This document shows, in pieces, positions 10,457-21,202 of a stretch of 64,000 nt of DNA. Made by a program: the position numbers and the translations under genes. The notes beneath the pieces are model-generated. The model was not told the DNA's origin. It ran no database searches and saw only the letters and a list, made by a program, of their open reading frames with translations. Each line of letters opens with the position of its first letter. Position 1 is the first letter of the stretch. The stretch is taken from NCBI GenBank assembly GCA_947460245.1, contig CANHGL010000002.1, positions 3,588 to 67,587 on the forward strand, in the 5' to 3' direction. This stretch comes from Sphingobacteriales bacterium. GTDB lineage: Bacteria; Bacteroidota; Bacteroidia; Chitinophagales; JADIYW01.

Positions 10457-11065
10457 ATGCAGTTAACAGATAGGAAAAAAGTAGTTGTAAAAAAAGAAAT
10501 GTCTTTCATGGAGAAGTTATATCTCCCTGCTATACTCAATGGTATGTCAATAACGATTAAACACCTTTTTAAACGTTCATCTACCATTAAATATCCTGAA
10601 CAAAAGAGAGAGATTGCAGAGGTTTATCGTGGACAACATGTATTGAAACGGGATGAAAATGGTGCTGAGCGTTGTACAGCATGTGGCTTATGCGCTGTAG
10701 CTTGTCCGGCGGAAGCTATTACCATGCGTTCTGAAGAGCGTAGGCAAGGAGAGGAAAATTTATATAGAGAAGAGAAATATGCTGCTACCTATGAGATAAA
10801 TATGTTGCGTTGTATTTTTTGTGGTTTATGTGAGGAGGCTTGTCCAAAAGAAGCCATATTCCTTACGGATAGAATTGTGCCAACGGAATTCAAACGCAAT
10901 GAGTTTATTTATGGAAAGGATAAATTAGTTGAACCTGTTGGCCAGCCTGTTGATGTAACTTGCCGTCAAACTAAGGAGGTTTTATCGTTTAAAAAAGACA
11001 AGACAAAATATCATAATCAAACATTTAAGGATCAGCAGCTACTGGAGGGTAGTCAGAATCATTAA
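10457..11065 (+). CDS. nuoI: NADH-quinone oxidoreductase subunit I (2x 4Fe-4S)
   Basis: Two ferredoxin motifs, CTACGLCAVACP and CIFCGLCEEACP. Confidence 0.9.
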   Translation: MQLTDRKKVVVKKEMSFMEKLYLPAILNGMSITIKHLFKRSSTIKYPEQKREIAEVYRGQHVLKRDENGAERCTACGLCAVACPAEAITMRSEERRQGEENLYREEKYAATYEINMLRCIFCGLCEEACPKEAIFLTDRIVPTEFKRNEFIYGKDKLVEPVGQPVDVTCRQTKEVLSFKKDKTKYHNQTFKDQQLLEGSQNH

Positions 11066-11107
11066 ATAATAGAAGATGATTGAATTATAAAAATTAATAA
11101 GAAACCA

Positions 11108-11608
11108 ATGCTGTCGCAATATCTATTCTTCTTTTTATCCTTTGTAGCTGTATTCAGTGCACTCTTGGTGATCATAGATAAAAATCCGGTGCACTCCGTT
11201 TTATATCTTATTGTCACCTTCTTTTCTATTGCAGGCCATTATTTTTTACTTAATGCGCAGTTTTTGGCTGCGGTTCATATTATTGTTTATGCTGGTGCTA
11301 TTATGGTATTATTTCTATATGTAATTATGATGTTGAACCTTAATAAAGAAATTGAGCCTCATAAAAAGAATATACCCAAAGTGATAGCGGTGGTATCTGC
11401 TTGTTTGCTGATGATGGTTTTTGTGGCTACGCTTAAAGGGGCAGAAACAACAATGCTGACGTCTGCTAAAAATAGCAATGTTGGTCTTGTAGAAAATTTA
11501 GGAAAAGTTTTATTCAATGAATACATGTTGCCTTTCGAACTTTCATCGGTATTGTTCCTTGCAGGTATGGTGGGTGCTGTATTCTTAAGTAAAAAAGAAA
11601 TTCATTAG
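11108..11608 (+). CDS. nuoJ: NADH-quinone oxidoreductase subunit J
   Basis: 166-aa hydrophobic protein with HIIVYAGAIMVLFLYVIMML. Operon position. Confidence 0.85.
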   Translation: MLSQYLFFFLSFVAVFSALLVIIDKNPVHSVLYLIVTFFSIAGHYFLLNAQFLAAVHIIVYAGAIMVLFLYVIMMLNLNKEIEPHKKNIPKVIAVVSACLLMMVFVATLKGAETTMLTSAKNSNVGLVENLGKVLFNEYMLPFELSSVLFLAGMVGAVFLSKKEIH

Positions 11609-11640
11609 TTTTTAAGGTTTAAAAACTACAAACTTAAATT

Positions 11641-11961
11641 ATGAAAGACGTTATAATAGGCATTCCGATACAGTGGTATATTTATCTAAGTGTTACACTT
11701 TTTTGCATTGGGGTAATGGGAGTTTTATACAGAAGAAACGCCATTATTATATTTATGTGTGTAGAGATGATGTTGAATGCAGTTAATTTACTGATGGTTG
11801 CTTTTTCCCGTTACTTGGGAGATAGCAGTGGTCAGGTATTTGTATTTTTTGTAATGGTTGTTGCAGCTGCTGAGGTGGCAGTTGGACTTGCCATTTTAAT
11901 GATGATATTCAGAAATACTAAGTCTACAGATATTGATGCATTGAATAAATTAAAATGGTAA
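11641..11961 (+). CDS. nuoK: NADH-quinone oxidoreductase subunit K
   Basis: 106-aa three-TM protein with [11 protein letters not shown] and [12 protein letters not shown]. Confidence 0.9.
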   Translation: MKDVIIGIPIQWYIYLSVTLFCIGVMGVLYRRNAIIIFMCVEMMLNAVNLLMVAFSRYLGDSSGQVFVFFVMVVAAAEVAVGLAILMMIFRNTKSTDIDALNKLKW

Positions 11962-11984
11962 AGTTGAAATTAAATTATAGAATT

Positions 11985-12866
11985 ATGAGAAAGATTGGGA
12001 TTTATGTTTTGGTATTATTTGTTTTAACATCCTGTGTAACCAAGAAGAAATTTCAGGCTACCCAAACAGAGAAAGATAAGGTAGAGCAGGCATTACGTCA
12101 AACTACATCGGATCTGGCTGAATGTGAAAAAAAGTTTGGCGTAAAATCATCGGAGTATGATGCATTGTCCGATGAGTTAGTTAAAGCTAAAGCTAAAATA
12201 GAGGAGCTTATAAAAGAAGTAGAGTACCAAAAGTCCGCTAATGGAAAGTTATTGGATCAGCTTTCTGCACTTTCCGTAATCAGTAAGGAAGGAGCAGAGA
12301 GTATTAGAAAGTCTTTGGAAACTATAGATAAGCAGTCAAGAGAATTATCAGAACTAAATGCCCAAATCAGATCTAAAGATTCATTGAATTTAGTTTTAGT
12401 ACTCAATCTTAAGCGCTCTTTGACAGATGTTAATGATACTGATGTAAACGTGAAGGTAGAAAAAGGAGTGGTATTGATTTCTTTATCAGACAATATGTTA
12501 TATAGATCAGGCAGTGCAGAAATCTCATCTAAAGCTGGTGGTGTATTGGAGAAAATTTCAAAAGTTATAAATGACTACAAGTCATTTGACGTATTGATTG
12601 AAGGGAATACAGACAATGTTAAAATTTCTTCTTCTTGTGTTGCAGACAATTGGGATTTGAGTGTAAAACGCGCTACGGCTATTGCTCGTGTATTACAATC
12701 CCGATATGGTGTTGATCCTTCAAGAATGATTGCTGGTGGACGTTCTGAATTTAATCCTAAAGTCGCAAATGATTCGCCTGCAAATAGATCGGTTAACAGA
12801 AGAACAGAAATTATTATTATGCCGAAGTTGGATGAGTTTTTTAAACTTTTAGAAATCAAAAAATAA
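11985..12866 (+). CDS. OmpA/MotB-family peptidoglycan-binding lipoprotein with coiled-coil region
   Basis: Lipoprotein signal MRKIGIYVLVLFVLTSC, then a Lys/Glu-rich coiled-coil. The C-terminal OmpA-like domain reads GNTDNV...NWDLSVKRATAIARVL...NRRTEIII. The ORF-track start at 11955 overlaps the nuoK stop; the ATG at 11985 is preferred. Confidence 0.8.
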   Translation: MRKIGIYVLVLFVLTSCVTKKKFQATQTEKDKVEQALRQTTSDLAECEKKFGVKSSEYDALSDELVKAKAKIEELIKEVEYQKSANGKLLDQLSALSVISKEGAESIRKSLETIDKQSRELSELNAQIRSKDSLNLVLVLNLKRSLTDVNDTDVNVKVEKGVVLISLSDNMLYRSGSAEISSKAGGVLEKISKVINDYKSFDVLIEGNTDNVKISSSCVADNWDLSVKRATAIARVLQSRYGVDPSRMIAGGRSEFNPKVANDSPANRSVNRRTEIIIMPKLDEFFKLLEIKK

Positions 12867-12868
12867 AA

Positions 12869-14770
12869 ATGCTGATGCAAAAGTTAGTGTATCTTATTCC
12901 ATTATTTCCCCTAGTAAGTTTTGCTATCATAGCATTATTTGGAAGTCGCTTATCTAAGTCGGTAGTCAGTTATCTGGCACCTTCCAGCATATTAGCATCA
13001 TTTGTGGTAGCCTTAGTAATATTCACTACACAGGTTTCTAATAACCACGCTATTACTGTCCCCTTAATGTCGTGGATACATGTAGGAGGGTTTAATGCTG
13101 AATTCTCTTTTCTGGTAGATGCACTTTCTATCTTATTTACCCTAGTGATTACGGGAGTGGGTTTTCTCATTCATGTTTATTCCACGGGATATATGCACGA
13201 CGAGAAGGATTATAACAGGTACTTTGCTTACCTGAATCTATTTGTCTTCTTTATGTTATTGTTGGTGTTAGGCGATAATTTCTTACTGATGTTTGTTGGC
13301 TGGGAAGGAGTTGGTTTATGTTCTTACTTATTGATTGGTTTCTGGTTTAAAAATATAAACTATAGTAATGCAGCCAACAAAGCCTTTATCATGAATCGTA
13401 TAGGAGATTTAGGTTTCTTATTAGGTATCATCTTAACCTTTGGCGTTTTTGGAAGTATCAATTATCATGAAGTATTCGCTCAGGTGGGTACGTTAGTAAT
13501 AGATGGTAAACTAATTACCTATATAACGATGTTATTATTCATTGGTGCTATGGGTAAATCGGCACAGATACCTTTGTATACTTGGTTGCCGGATGCTATG
13601 GCCGGTCCAACGCCAGTTTCTGCATTAATCCACGCTGCTACCATGGTAACTGCAGGTATTTATATGGTTGCACGTTGCAGTACTTTATTCTCTGCTGCTC
13701 CGGATACAATGTTATTTATTTCAATTATTGGAATTGCAACGGCATTGCTGTCTGCTACAATTGCTTTATTTCAAAATGATATTAAGAAGGTACTTGCTTA
13801 CTCAACAGTGAGTCAGTTAGGTTTGATATTTTGCGCTTTGGGTGTAGGTGCCTTTTCTGCAGGCGTATTCCACGTGGTTACCCATGCTTTTTTCAAGGCT
13901 TTATTGTTCCTCGGTGCAGGAAGTGTTATTCATGGGATGAGCGGGGATCAGGATATCAGAAATATGGGTGGGTTAAAGCGTAAAATGCCGGTAACCTTCA
14001 TCACCTTTTTGATAGGTACTATCGCTATTGCCGGTATTCCTCCGTTTGCCGGTTTCTTCTCTAAAGATCAAATGCTGGCAGAAATCTATCTGCACAATAA
14101 AGTACTTTTCGTGTTGGCGTTAGTAGTTTCGCTAATGACGGCATTCTATATGTTCCGACTTTTCTTCCTCACTTTTACCGGAGATTTCAGAGGCAGTAAT
14201 GCGCAGTTGGGTCACTTGCACGAATCTCCTAAAAGCATGACGATACCATTGATGGTATTAGCTGTATTATCTGTAGTTGGTGGTTTTATTGGATTTCCTC
14301 ACGAACTAGGTCATGTTTTAAATATACACCACTGGTTGGATGGCTTTCTGGCTTCAACTTTAAAGATGGATACACTTGAAATGTCATTTAATACCGAAAT
14401 GGTATTAATGGCTGTAACAGTCATGTTAATTGCATTGGTAATAATTATTGCAAGTATACTTTTTGTTTCTAAGAAGCAGATTCCCGCCGAGGATGAGGCT
14501 CCTATGTCATTAATCAAGGAAGTTATCTACCATAAATATTATATAGACGAGTTGTATGATGCATTGATTGTAAAGCCAATGGATAAAATAGCTGTTTTAT
14601 TCTACGGTTCGATGGAGCGTTTGGGTATTGATGCTTTTGTAAATAATATAGGTACATCAGTGATTAATTGGAGTCAGCTGTTGCGTTTATCGCAGACCGG
14701 AGGTTTAGGGTTTTATGTAATGGCTATGGTGATTAGTATTGTCTTGTTAATGCTGATGTTTTTCGTTTAA
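12869..14770 (+). CDS. nuoL: NADH-quinone oxidoreductase subunit L
   Basis: 633-aa antiporter-like subunit with WEGVGLCSYLLIGFW, GKSAQIPLYTWLPDAMAGPTPVSALIHAATMV and a C-terminal lateral-helix extension. Confidence 0.95.
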   Translation: MLMQKLVYLIPLFPLVSFAIIALFGSRLSKSVVSYLAPSSILASFVVALVIFTTQVSNNHAITVPLMSWIHVGGFNAEFSFLVDALSILFTLVITGVGFLIHVYSTGYMHDEKDYNRYFAYLNLFVFFMLLLVLGDNFLLMFVGWEGVGLCSYLLIGFWFKNINYSNAANKAFIMNRIGDLGFLLGIILTFGVFGSINYHEVFAQVGTLVIDGKLITYITMLLFIGAMGKSAQIPLYTWLPDAMAGPTPVSALIHAATMVTAGIYMVARCSTLFSAAPDTMLFISIIGIATALLSATIALFQNDIKKVLAYSTVSQLGLIFCALGVGAFSAGVFHVVTHAFFKALLFLGAGSVIHGMSGDQDIRNMGGLKRKMPVTFITFLIGTIAIAGIPPFAGFFSKDQMLAEIYLHNKVLFVLALVVSLMTAFYMFRLFFLTFTGDFRGSNAQLGHLHESPKSMTIPLMVLAVLSVVGGFIGFPHELGHVLNIHHWLDGFLASTLKMDTLEMSFNTEMVLMAVTVMLIALVIIIASILFVSKKQIPAEDEAPMSLIKEVIYHKYYIDELYDALIVKPMDKIAVLFYGSMERLGIDAFVNNIGTSVINWSQLLRLSQTGGLGFYVMAMVISIVLLMLMFFV

Positions 14771-14845
14771 GATTTAAAAAATATGGTGTTTACCTTTTTT
14801 GTAGCTTTTGAAAATTATTTTAATTTGTCGATTTAGTATATAAAT

Positions 14846-16315
14846 ATGTTAGTACTACTTATAGTTATATTACCCGTCTTATTTGCTTCTTTGCTGGTGT
14901 TGTTCCAGGATAAGCATGCAAAGAATATTGCGCTTCTCGGTGCCCTGGCTAATTTAGGTTTAGGGCTCTATGCGTTTTTTGCTTTTAAAAAAACGCCCGG
15001 CTGTTCTTGCTTTTACTGGCATACTGACTGGGTTCAATCTTTAGGTGCTGATTTTTATATTAAAGCAGATGGTATAAACCTGATATTAATATTGCTAACT
15101 ACATTATTGGTTCCATTCATTATACAGTCTGCTACAGGCAGAACAATTCAGCATCCTAAAGCTTATTTCGGTCTGATCTTATTGATGCAAAGTGCATTGT
15201 TAGGACTGTTCCTTGCTAAGGATGCATTGCTGTTTTATTTATTCTGGGAGCTCGCTTTAATTCCAATTTACCTGATATGTTTAGTTTGGGGTGGAGAGGG
15301 TCGTCAGCGTATTACCTTTAAGTTCTTTTTATATACGCTTACGGGAAGTTTGTTTATGCTACTGGCAATTATTTTTCTCTGGCTACACAACCCTGCAAAG
15401 AATTTTATGTTGAGTGATTTCTATACAGTTGGAGCACATCTGCCTGTAAAAGAACAACTGCTTGTTTTTGTAGCATTCTATCTGGCCTTTGCTATCAAGA
15501 TGCCGATATTTCCTTTGCATACCTGGCAGCCGGATACCTATGTGAATGCACCTACTCAAGGCACTATGTTATTGTCTGGTATCATGCTCAAAATGGGAAC
15601 TTTTGCAGTAGTAGTTTGGCTGATACCCATGGTTCCCATGGGCTGGCAAATAGCCTCAAAATATGTAGTTCTGTTAAGTGTTGTGAGTGTGGTATATGGT
15701 TCATTCATGGCATTGGCTCAGAAAGATTTCAAACGTATGCTGGCATACTCTTCTCTTGGTCACGTAGGTTTAATTGCTGCAGGTATATTTTCCTGGAACT
15801 TACAAGGTGTGCAGGGTGCCCTGTATCAGATGTTATCTCATGGTATAAATGTTGTGGCGCTGTTCTATGTGGCGGATATTATTTTAAATAGAATGCAAAC
15901 AGATAAGATGCAGCAATTGGGTGGTATTAGAAGTATATCTAAGGTATTTAGTGTTTTATTTTTAATCGTCTTATTGGGAAGTATAGCATTACCGCTTACC
16001 AACGGGTTTGTGGGGGAATTTCTATTGATTCATGGCGTATTTCAATTTAATACCGTAAGTGCTGTTTTTGCGGGGCTTACAGTGATACTGGGTGCAGTAT
16101 ATATGTTAAGAGCGTATCAATTGATGATGCATGGAGAGACCAATACGCTTACTGCATCATTTGGTTTGCTTACGCTCAATGAAAAAGTGTTGTTGTCTTG
16201 TTTTGCAGTATTGATTATTGCTTTCGGTTGCTTTCCCAATATTGTGTTAAGCATATCGGAAGAACCGGTAAAACAATTGTTATTACAGGTACATCATATA
16301 TCAAATATTAAATAA
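14846..16315 (+). CDS. nuoM: NADH-quinone oxidoreductase subunit M
   Basis: 489-aa antiporter-like subunit with FWELALIPIYLI and FAIKMPIFPLHTWQPDTYVNAPT. Confidence 0.95.
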   Translation: MLVLLIVILPVLFASLLVLFQDKHAKNIALLGALANLGLGLYAFFAFKKTPGCSCFYWHTDWVQSLGADFYIKADGINLILILLTTLLVPFIIQSATGRTIQHPKAYFGLILLMQSALLGLFLAKDALLFYLFWELALIPIYLICLVWGGEGRQRITFKFFLYTLTGSLFMLLAIIFLWLHNPAKNFMLSDFYTVGAHLPVKEQLLVFVAFYLAFAIKMPIFPLHTWQPDTYVNAPTQGTMLLSGIMLKMGTFAVVVWLIPMVPMGWQIASKYVVLLSVVSVVYGSFMALAQKDFKRMLAYSSLGHVGLIAAGIFSWNLQGVQGALYQMLSHGINVVALFYVADIILNRMQTDKMQQLGGIRSISKVFSVLFLIVLLGSIALPLTNGFVGEFLLIHGVFQFNTVSAVFAGLTVILGAVYMLRAYQLMMHGETNTLTASFGLLTLNEKVLLSCFAVLIIAFGCFPNIVLSISEEPVKQLLLQVHHISNIK

Positions 16316-16347
16316 TTTAAAAATAGAACCCCAGGGTTCACGGCATT

Positions 16348-17724
16348 ATGAAAGAATTACTATTACTATCCTCTTTAGGTATTATTTCGCTGATTGCTGA
16401 AATATTAAATCTTAGAAAGTTAATCTATCCAATAGTGATCTTGGGCTTGCTCTTAAATATTGGATTTTGTATAAATGATTTAGGTAAAAATGAGAATATC
16501 TATGATATGCTCGTCTTAGATAAGGTTTCGTTGGTATTTATTATTCTGACATCCTTTATTTCTATTCTTTGGTTTACTATGGCTCGTAGCTTCTTTACGG
16601 ATGAAACCAATCTGTCTGATCATTTCTCACTGGTTTTATTTTCTCTGGTTGGAGTATTTATCCTTATCTCTTACAAACACATGGCTATGTTATTTTTGGG
16701 AGTGGAAATTTTATCTATTCCAGTGTATGTTTTAGCGGGGAGTAATAAAAGAAGTTTATTTTCTAATGAGTCTGCATTCAAGTATTTTTTATTGGGTTCC
16801 TTCGCTAGTGGGTTTCTTTTATTAGGGATTACTTTCGTTTATGGTGCAGTAGGTAGTTTTAGTATTCTTCAATTAGCGTCTTCTTCTTTATTACAGGTGG
16901 GAGTTAGCAAGCAGCTACTAATGGTAGGGGTATTGCTGATACTATTTGCAATGGCCTTTAAGATGTCTGCTGTGCCTTTTCATTTCTGGGCACCGGATGT
17001 TTATACAGGAGCTCCTACAGTAGTTACTTCCTATATGGCTACCATCGTTAAAATTGGTGCAGTGGCAGGTTTCTACCGATTGTTTGGAATTGTATTAGCA
17101 TTTTACAAAGAGTATACTCTAGTGTTATTGGTTATTTCGGTATTAACTATTCTGATAGGTAATGTTATAGCAGCATCACAAACCAATGTGAAGCGTATGC
17201 TGGCCTATTCAAGTATTGGGCATGCTGGCTTTTTAATTCTTGGAATTACTATGTTGTCGGTATCTACACCATTTATCACCTGGTATTATTTATTGTCTTA
17301 TACCTTATCGAGTATTGCCGCTTTTTGGGTATTGTTACTATTGGCTCCTCAGGAAGAAGAAGAGGATATCGCTATTTTTAAAGGCTTGGTTAAAAGAAGT
17401 CCGGTTCTGGCTTTTACCATGACGATTGCATTGCTTTCTATGGCAGGTATTCCTCCGCTTTCAGGTTTCTTTGCAAAGTATTTTGTTTTGGTAAATGTGA
17501 TTTACAATAATCAGATGGCGATAGCTGTTGTTGCAATCTTAGCATCACTGGTGGGCGTTTACTATTACTTTAAAATTATTATAGCCATGTTTAATACAGC
17601 AGATGATACAGGTCCTGTATTGGCTATTTCTACCTTCCATAAGGTATTTTTAATGTCCTTATCCATCTTGATCATATTCATTGGTATTGTACCTGATTTT
17701 ATTTTACGTATCTTTTTTAAATAA
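16348..17724 (+). CDS. nuoN: NADH-quinone oxidoreductase subunit N
   Basis: 458-aa antiporter-like subunit with FKMSAVPFHFWAPDVYTGAPT and KRMLAYSSIGHAGF. Confidence 0.9.
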   Translation: MKELLLLSSLGIISLIAEILNLRKLIYPIVILGLLLNIGFCINDLGKNENIYDMLVLDKVSLVFIILTSFISILWFTMARSFFTDETNLSDHFSLVLFSLVGVFILISYKHMAMLFLGVEILSIPVYVLAGSNKRSLFSNESAFKYFLLGSFASGFLLLGITFVYGAVGSFSILQLASSSLLQVGVSKQLLMVGVLLILFAMAFKMSAVPFHFWAPDVYTGAPTVVTSYMATIVKIGAVAGFYRLFGIVLAFYKEYTLVLLVISVLTILIGNVIAASQTNVKRMLAYSSIGHAGFLILGITMLSVSTPFITWYYLLSYTLSSIAAFWVLLLLAPQEEEEDIAIFKGLVKRSPVLAFTMTIALLSMAGIPPLSGFFAKYFVLVNVIYNNQMAIAVVAILASLVGVYYYFKIIIAMFNTADDTGPVLAISTFHKVFLMSLSILIIFIGIVPDFILRIFFK

Positions 17725-17732
17725 AGTTTATT

Positions 17733-18515
17733 ATGGTTTTTGAAAATTTACTTTGGGAAATCACGGAGGATATTCTCACTATAACTATAAACAGAGCAGA
17801 TAAATTAAATGCACTCAATAGTGCAACTATTCTGGATATTAAAAAAGCATTTGAAGAAGCCAGGAAAATAGAACAGCTGAAAGGTGTCATTATCACTGGT
17901 GCAGGGGAGAAGGCTTTTGTTGCTGGTGCAGATATTGCTGAGTTTAAAGAACTTAATATACAACAGGCTAAGACACTAGCTCAGCGCGGACATGATATTT
18001 TCTTTTATATAGAGCATATGCCTGTTCCGGTTATTGCAGTAGTGAATGGTTTTGCCTTAGGTGGCGGTTGTGAATTGTCGATGGCATGCCACATGCGTAT
18101 TGCGACGGCAAATGCAAAGTTTGGACAGCCAGAAGTGAATCTGGGTATTATCGCCGGATATGGAGGTACACAACGTTTGATTCAATACATAGGTAAGGCA
18201 AAAGCATTAGAGTTACATCTTACGGCAGATATTATAGATGCAGCAACAGCACTTCAACTCGGTTTGGTGAATTATGTGGAAGTTGATAAAACAGCTGCAC
18301 TGGATAAAGCTAAATCCATACTGCAAAAGATAAGTACGAAAGGACCTGTGGCTGTTGCTAAAGTGATTGAATGTACCAATGCCTATTTTAAGGAAGGTGT
18401 AGATGGATTTGCCTATGAAGTAAATGCCTTTGCTGAATTATTTCATACAGAAGATGTAAAGGAAGGAGTAGCTGCTTTTTTAGAAAAACGCAAACCTGCT
18501 TTTAAAGGAAAATAA
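17733..18515 (+). CDS. Enoyl-CoA hydratase/isomerase (crotonase) family protein
   Basis: 260 aa with ITINRADKLNAL, GAGEKAFVAGADI and ALGGGCELSMACHMRIA (oxyanion hole and catalytic Glu region). Confidence 0.85.
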   Translation: MVFENLLWEITEDILTITINRADKLNALNSATILDIKKAFEEARKIEQLKGVIITGAGEKAFVAGADIAEFKELNIQQAKTLAQRGHDIFFYIEHMPVPVIAVVNGFALGGGCELSMACHMRIATANAKFGQPEVNLGIIAGYGGTQRLIQYIGKAKALELHLTADIIDAATALQLGLVNYVEVDKTAALDKAKSILQKISTKGPVAVAKVIECTNAYFKEGVDGFAYEVNAFAELFHTEDVKEGVAAFLEKRKPAFKGK

Positions 18516-18588
18516 ATAAAGTTGAATTAGTCAATGGTAGATAGTCCATGGTTAATCCTCAATAGCTAAATATTAAATACGCACTATT

Positions 18589-19989
18589 ATGGAATATAGA
18601 ATAGAAAAAGATACGATGGGAAAGGTGCAGGTACCTGCTCATGTTTACTGGGGTGCACAAACGCAACGCTCTATTGAGAATTTTCAAATAGCGCAGGATA
18701 TCAATAAAATGCCGAAAGAAATTATCCGTGCATTTGCCTATCTGAAAAAAGCAGCAGCAATTACCAACTTTAAAGCAAAGGTGCTGGATAAACAGAAATG
18801 CCTTACTATTGGTCAGGTATGCGATGAAATACTGGCTGGTAAACTGGATGATCAGTTTCCATTGGTGGTTTGGCAAACCGGTTCGGGTACGCAATCCAAT
18901 ATGAATATGAATGAAGTGATTGCTTATCGCGGACATGTGTTATTGGGTGGTCAGCTGACTGATGAAAAGAAACTGATCAATCCGAATGATGATGTAAACA
19001 AGTCACAGTCTTCTAATGATACGTTTCCTACAGCAATGCATATTGCAGCGTATGCTATACTGATAGAGAAAACGATTCCGGGAATAAAGAAACTCAGAAA
19101 TACACTTGCCAAAAAATCTAAGGCATTTAAAAATGTGGTAAAAATTGGACGTACACATTTCATGGATGCTACTCCGCTTACCCTAGGACAGGAGTTCTCC
19201 GGTTATGTGTCGCAATTGGATCATGGATTAAAAGCCATCGAAAATACTTTAGCCCATCTATCTGAACTGGCATTGGGTGGTACTGCCGTTGGAACAGGTA
19301 TCAATACGCCAAAAGGATATTCTAAAAATGTAGCCAAAGAAATAGCTACGCTAACTGGGATACCTTTTGTTACGGCAGATAATAAATTTGAATCACTGGC
19401 AGCACACGATGCCATTGTAGAAGCCCATGGTGCATTGAAAACCGTAGCAGTGTCTTTGATGAAAATTGGTAATGACATTCGTATGTTGTCTTCCGGACCG
19501 CGTTGTGGTATTGGAGAAATTCATATTCCGGATAATGAGCCGGGTAGTTCTATCATGCCGGGCAAGGTAAACCCAACGCAATGTGAGGCCATGACTATGG
19601 TAGCCGCACAAGTGTTGGGTAATGATGTAGCCATCAATATTGGCGGCAGCAATGGACATTTTGAACTGAATGTATTTAAGCCGTTGATGATTTATAATTT
19701 CTTACACAGTGCGAGATTGATAGGAGATGTGTGCGTATCGTTCAATGATAAATGTGCGGCAGGTATTGAGCCTTTACACGATAATATCAAAAAGAATTTA
19801 GATAATTCTCTGATGCTGGTTACGGCATTAAATACCAAGATTGGCTATTACAAAGCGGCAGAGATTGCGCAGACAGCCCATAAGAAAAATCAAACGTTAA
19901 AGCAGACCGCTATTCAGTTAGGCTATGTAACTGCAAAGCAATTTGATGAGTGGGTGAAACCCGAAGATATGATTGGTGGGTTGAAGTGA
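18589..19989 (+). CDS. fumC: Class II fumarate hydratase
   Basis: 466 aa with the fumarate lyase signature [16 protein letters not shown], plus [13 protein letters not shown] and [10 protein letters not shown]. Confidence 0.95.
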   Translation: MEYRIEKDTMGKVQVPAHVYWGAQTQRSIENFQIAQDINKMPKEIIRAFAYLKKAAAITNFKAKVLDKQKCLTIGQVCDEILAGKLDDQFPLVVWQTGSGTQSNMNMNEVIAYRGHVLLGGQLTDEKKLINPNDDVNKSQSSNDTFPTAMHIAAYAILIEKTIPGIKKLRNTLAKKSKAFKNVVKIGRTHFMDATPLTLGQEFSGYVSQLDHGLKAIENTLAHLSELALGGTAVGTGINTPKGYSKNVAKEIATLTGIPFVTADNKFESLAAHDAIVEAHGALKTVAVSLMKIGNDIRMLSSGPRCGIGEIHIPDNEPGSSIMPGKVNPTQCEAMTMVAAQVLGNDVAINIGGSNGHFELNVFKPLMIYNFLHSARLIGDVCVSFNDKCAAGIEPLHDNIKKNLDNSLMLVTALNTKIGYYKAAEIAQTAHKKNQTLKQTAIQLGYVTAKQFDEWVKPEDMIGGLK

Positions 19990-20157
19990 TTTGGTTTTTA
20001 GTTGATGGTTAATAGTAAATTGGTCCATTGTTAATCGTAAAATACTATCGGCCATGGACCATCAACCAGCTCTCTTTATTTTGTCGTTGCATGTCTAGCT
20101 GTATGCTAAGAGTACAGGTTGTTCTTTGGAAGACCTGAATAAGTGAGTGGTAGATTT

Positions 20158-21045
20158 TCAATAATATTCAAAATTGTACGTAAAAAATTTAAACGTGGGT
20201 GTTCTAAAATGTACATCAAAAGTTTTAAGTTGATTGCTGCTGTTAAACTGATAATCCATGTAAACAATAGTAGTACTATCATGATATGAATGAATGTAGT
20301 TTACTAAATTTTTATTGGGTTCATAAAACGAATAACCTTCCAAGCCGAGGAAATAAACTAGGTCATAAAACACTTCGCCAGGAGATCCAAGATTAAACAA
20401 GGTATTGGCACTATACATGTTTTGCATAGGTGCATAAGGTGTATAAGGCAAATTCGTATAGTCAATTTTAGCAGAATCTAAAACATGTACACTGCCGGCA
20501 CCAATTGTGCTCCAGTCATATTCAAATGTAAAGCCTGTATAATTGTATCCATTAAACTGATAATTATAACATTGTCTGTTGAAAGCTGTTGGCCAGTATT
20601 GTTTTTCATAAAATGAATCTAATTTGTTATTCTGCAGAATACAAGTTATGTATGGATTTTCTGTGTTGAAATTAACATCAATTGTGTTAAATGCATCGAT
20701 ATGTTTATTGTTGTTAAAATGAACTTTATATTGATGATAGATATAAACATTATCTAACCCTATTTCATCAATCGTTATTGTGTTGTTGCTGTACCTAAAT
20801 ATATATTCAGCATCTAGACCAAAAGAGTCAGCGTATGGAGGTTTTATAAAAAGTTTTATATTGGTAACTTTTGCAGATAAGGTATCATAAGTATAATAGA
20901 TGTTATACCTAGATGAATCTGATAAATCTATACTTATCAATTTTACTTTTCCTTTTAAGGAACTATAAGGATTGGTGCAATCCTTTTTACAGGAACTCAA
21001 TAGGATAATTGATATTATAAAGAAGAAGAGGATATTTGTCTTCAT
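20158..21045 (-). CDS. Hypothetical lipoprotein
   Basis: 295-aa ORF with a lipoprotein signal (MKTNILFFFIISIILLSSC). Asn/Tyr-rich, beta-rich composition. No recognisable catalytic motif. Confidence 0.6.
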   Translation of the reverse strand: MKTNILFFFIISIILLSSCKKDCTNPYSSLKGKVKLISIDLSDSSRYNIYYTYDTLSAKVTNIKLFIKPPYADSFGLDAEYIFRYSNNTITIDEIGLDNVYIYHQYKVHFNNNKHIDAFNTIDVNFNTENPYITCILQNNKLDSFYEKQYWPTAFNRQCYNYQFNGYNYTGFTFEYDWSTIGAGSVHVLDSAKIDYTNLPYTPYAPMQNMYSANTLFNLGSPGEVFYDLVYFLGLEGYSFYEPNKNLVNYIHSYHDSTTIVYMDYQFNSSNQLKTFDVHFRTPTFKFFTYNFEYY

Positions 21046-21202
21046 TAAATAAATATAATTATTTATTTAATGAGTTTGTTAAATTTTATTATTCTTTGTT
21101 TTATATCTTAATTTATACCAACCGTCTCCGACCGTATTTGGTCCATTAGTCATTAGACATTGGTCATTGTTAATTGTCCATTTTTCATCGAACATTAAAC
21201 CA

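Noticed and set aside
11955-11984. ATG at 11955 as the start of the OmpA-like gene, overlapping the nuoK stop
   Set aside because: The extension ([10 protein letters not shown]) precedes a canonical lipoprotein signal that starts at the Met at 11985.
18559-18936. 125-aa minus-strand ORF overlapping the fumC 5' end. The same applies to many other 60-140-aa antisense ORFs inside nuo, etf, thrS, kup, helicase and protease genes.
   Set aside because: These are antisense shadows of strongly supported genes, with Cys/Phe/Ile-rich, low-complexity translations and no independent signals.
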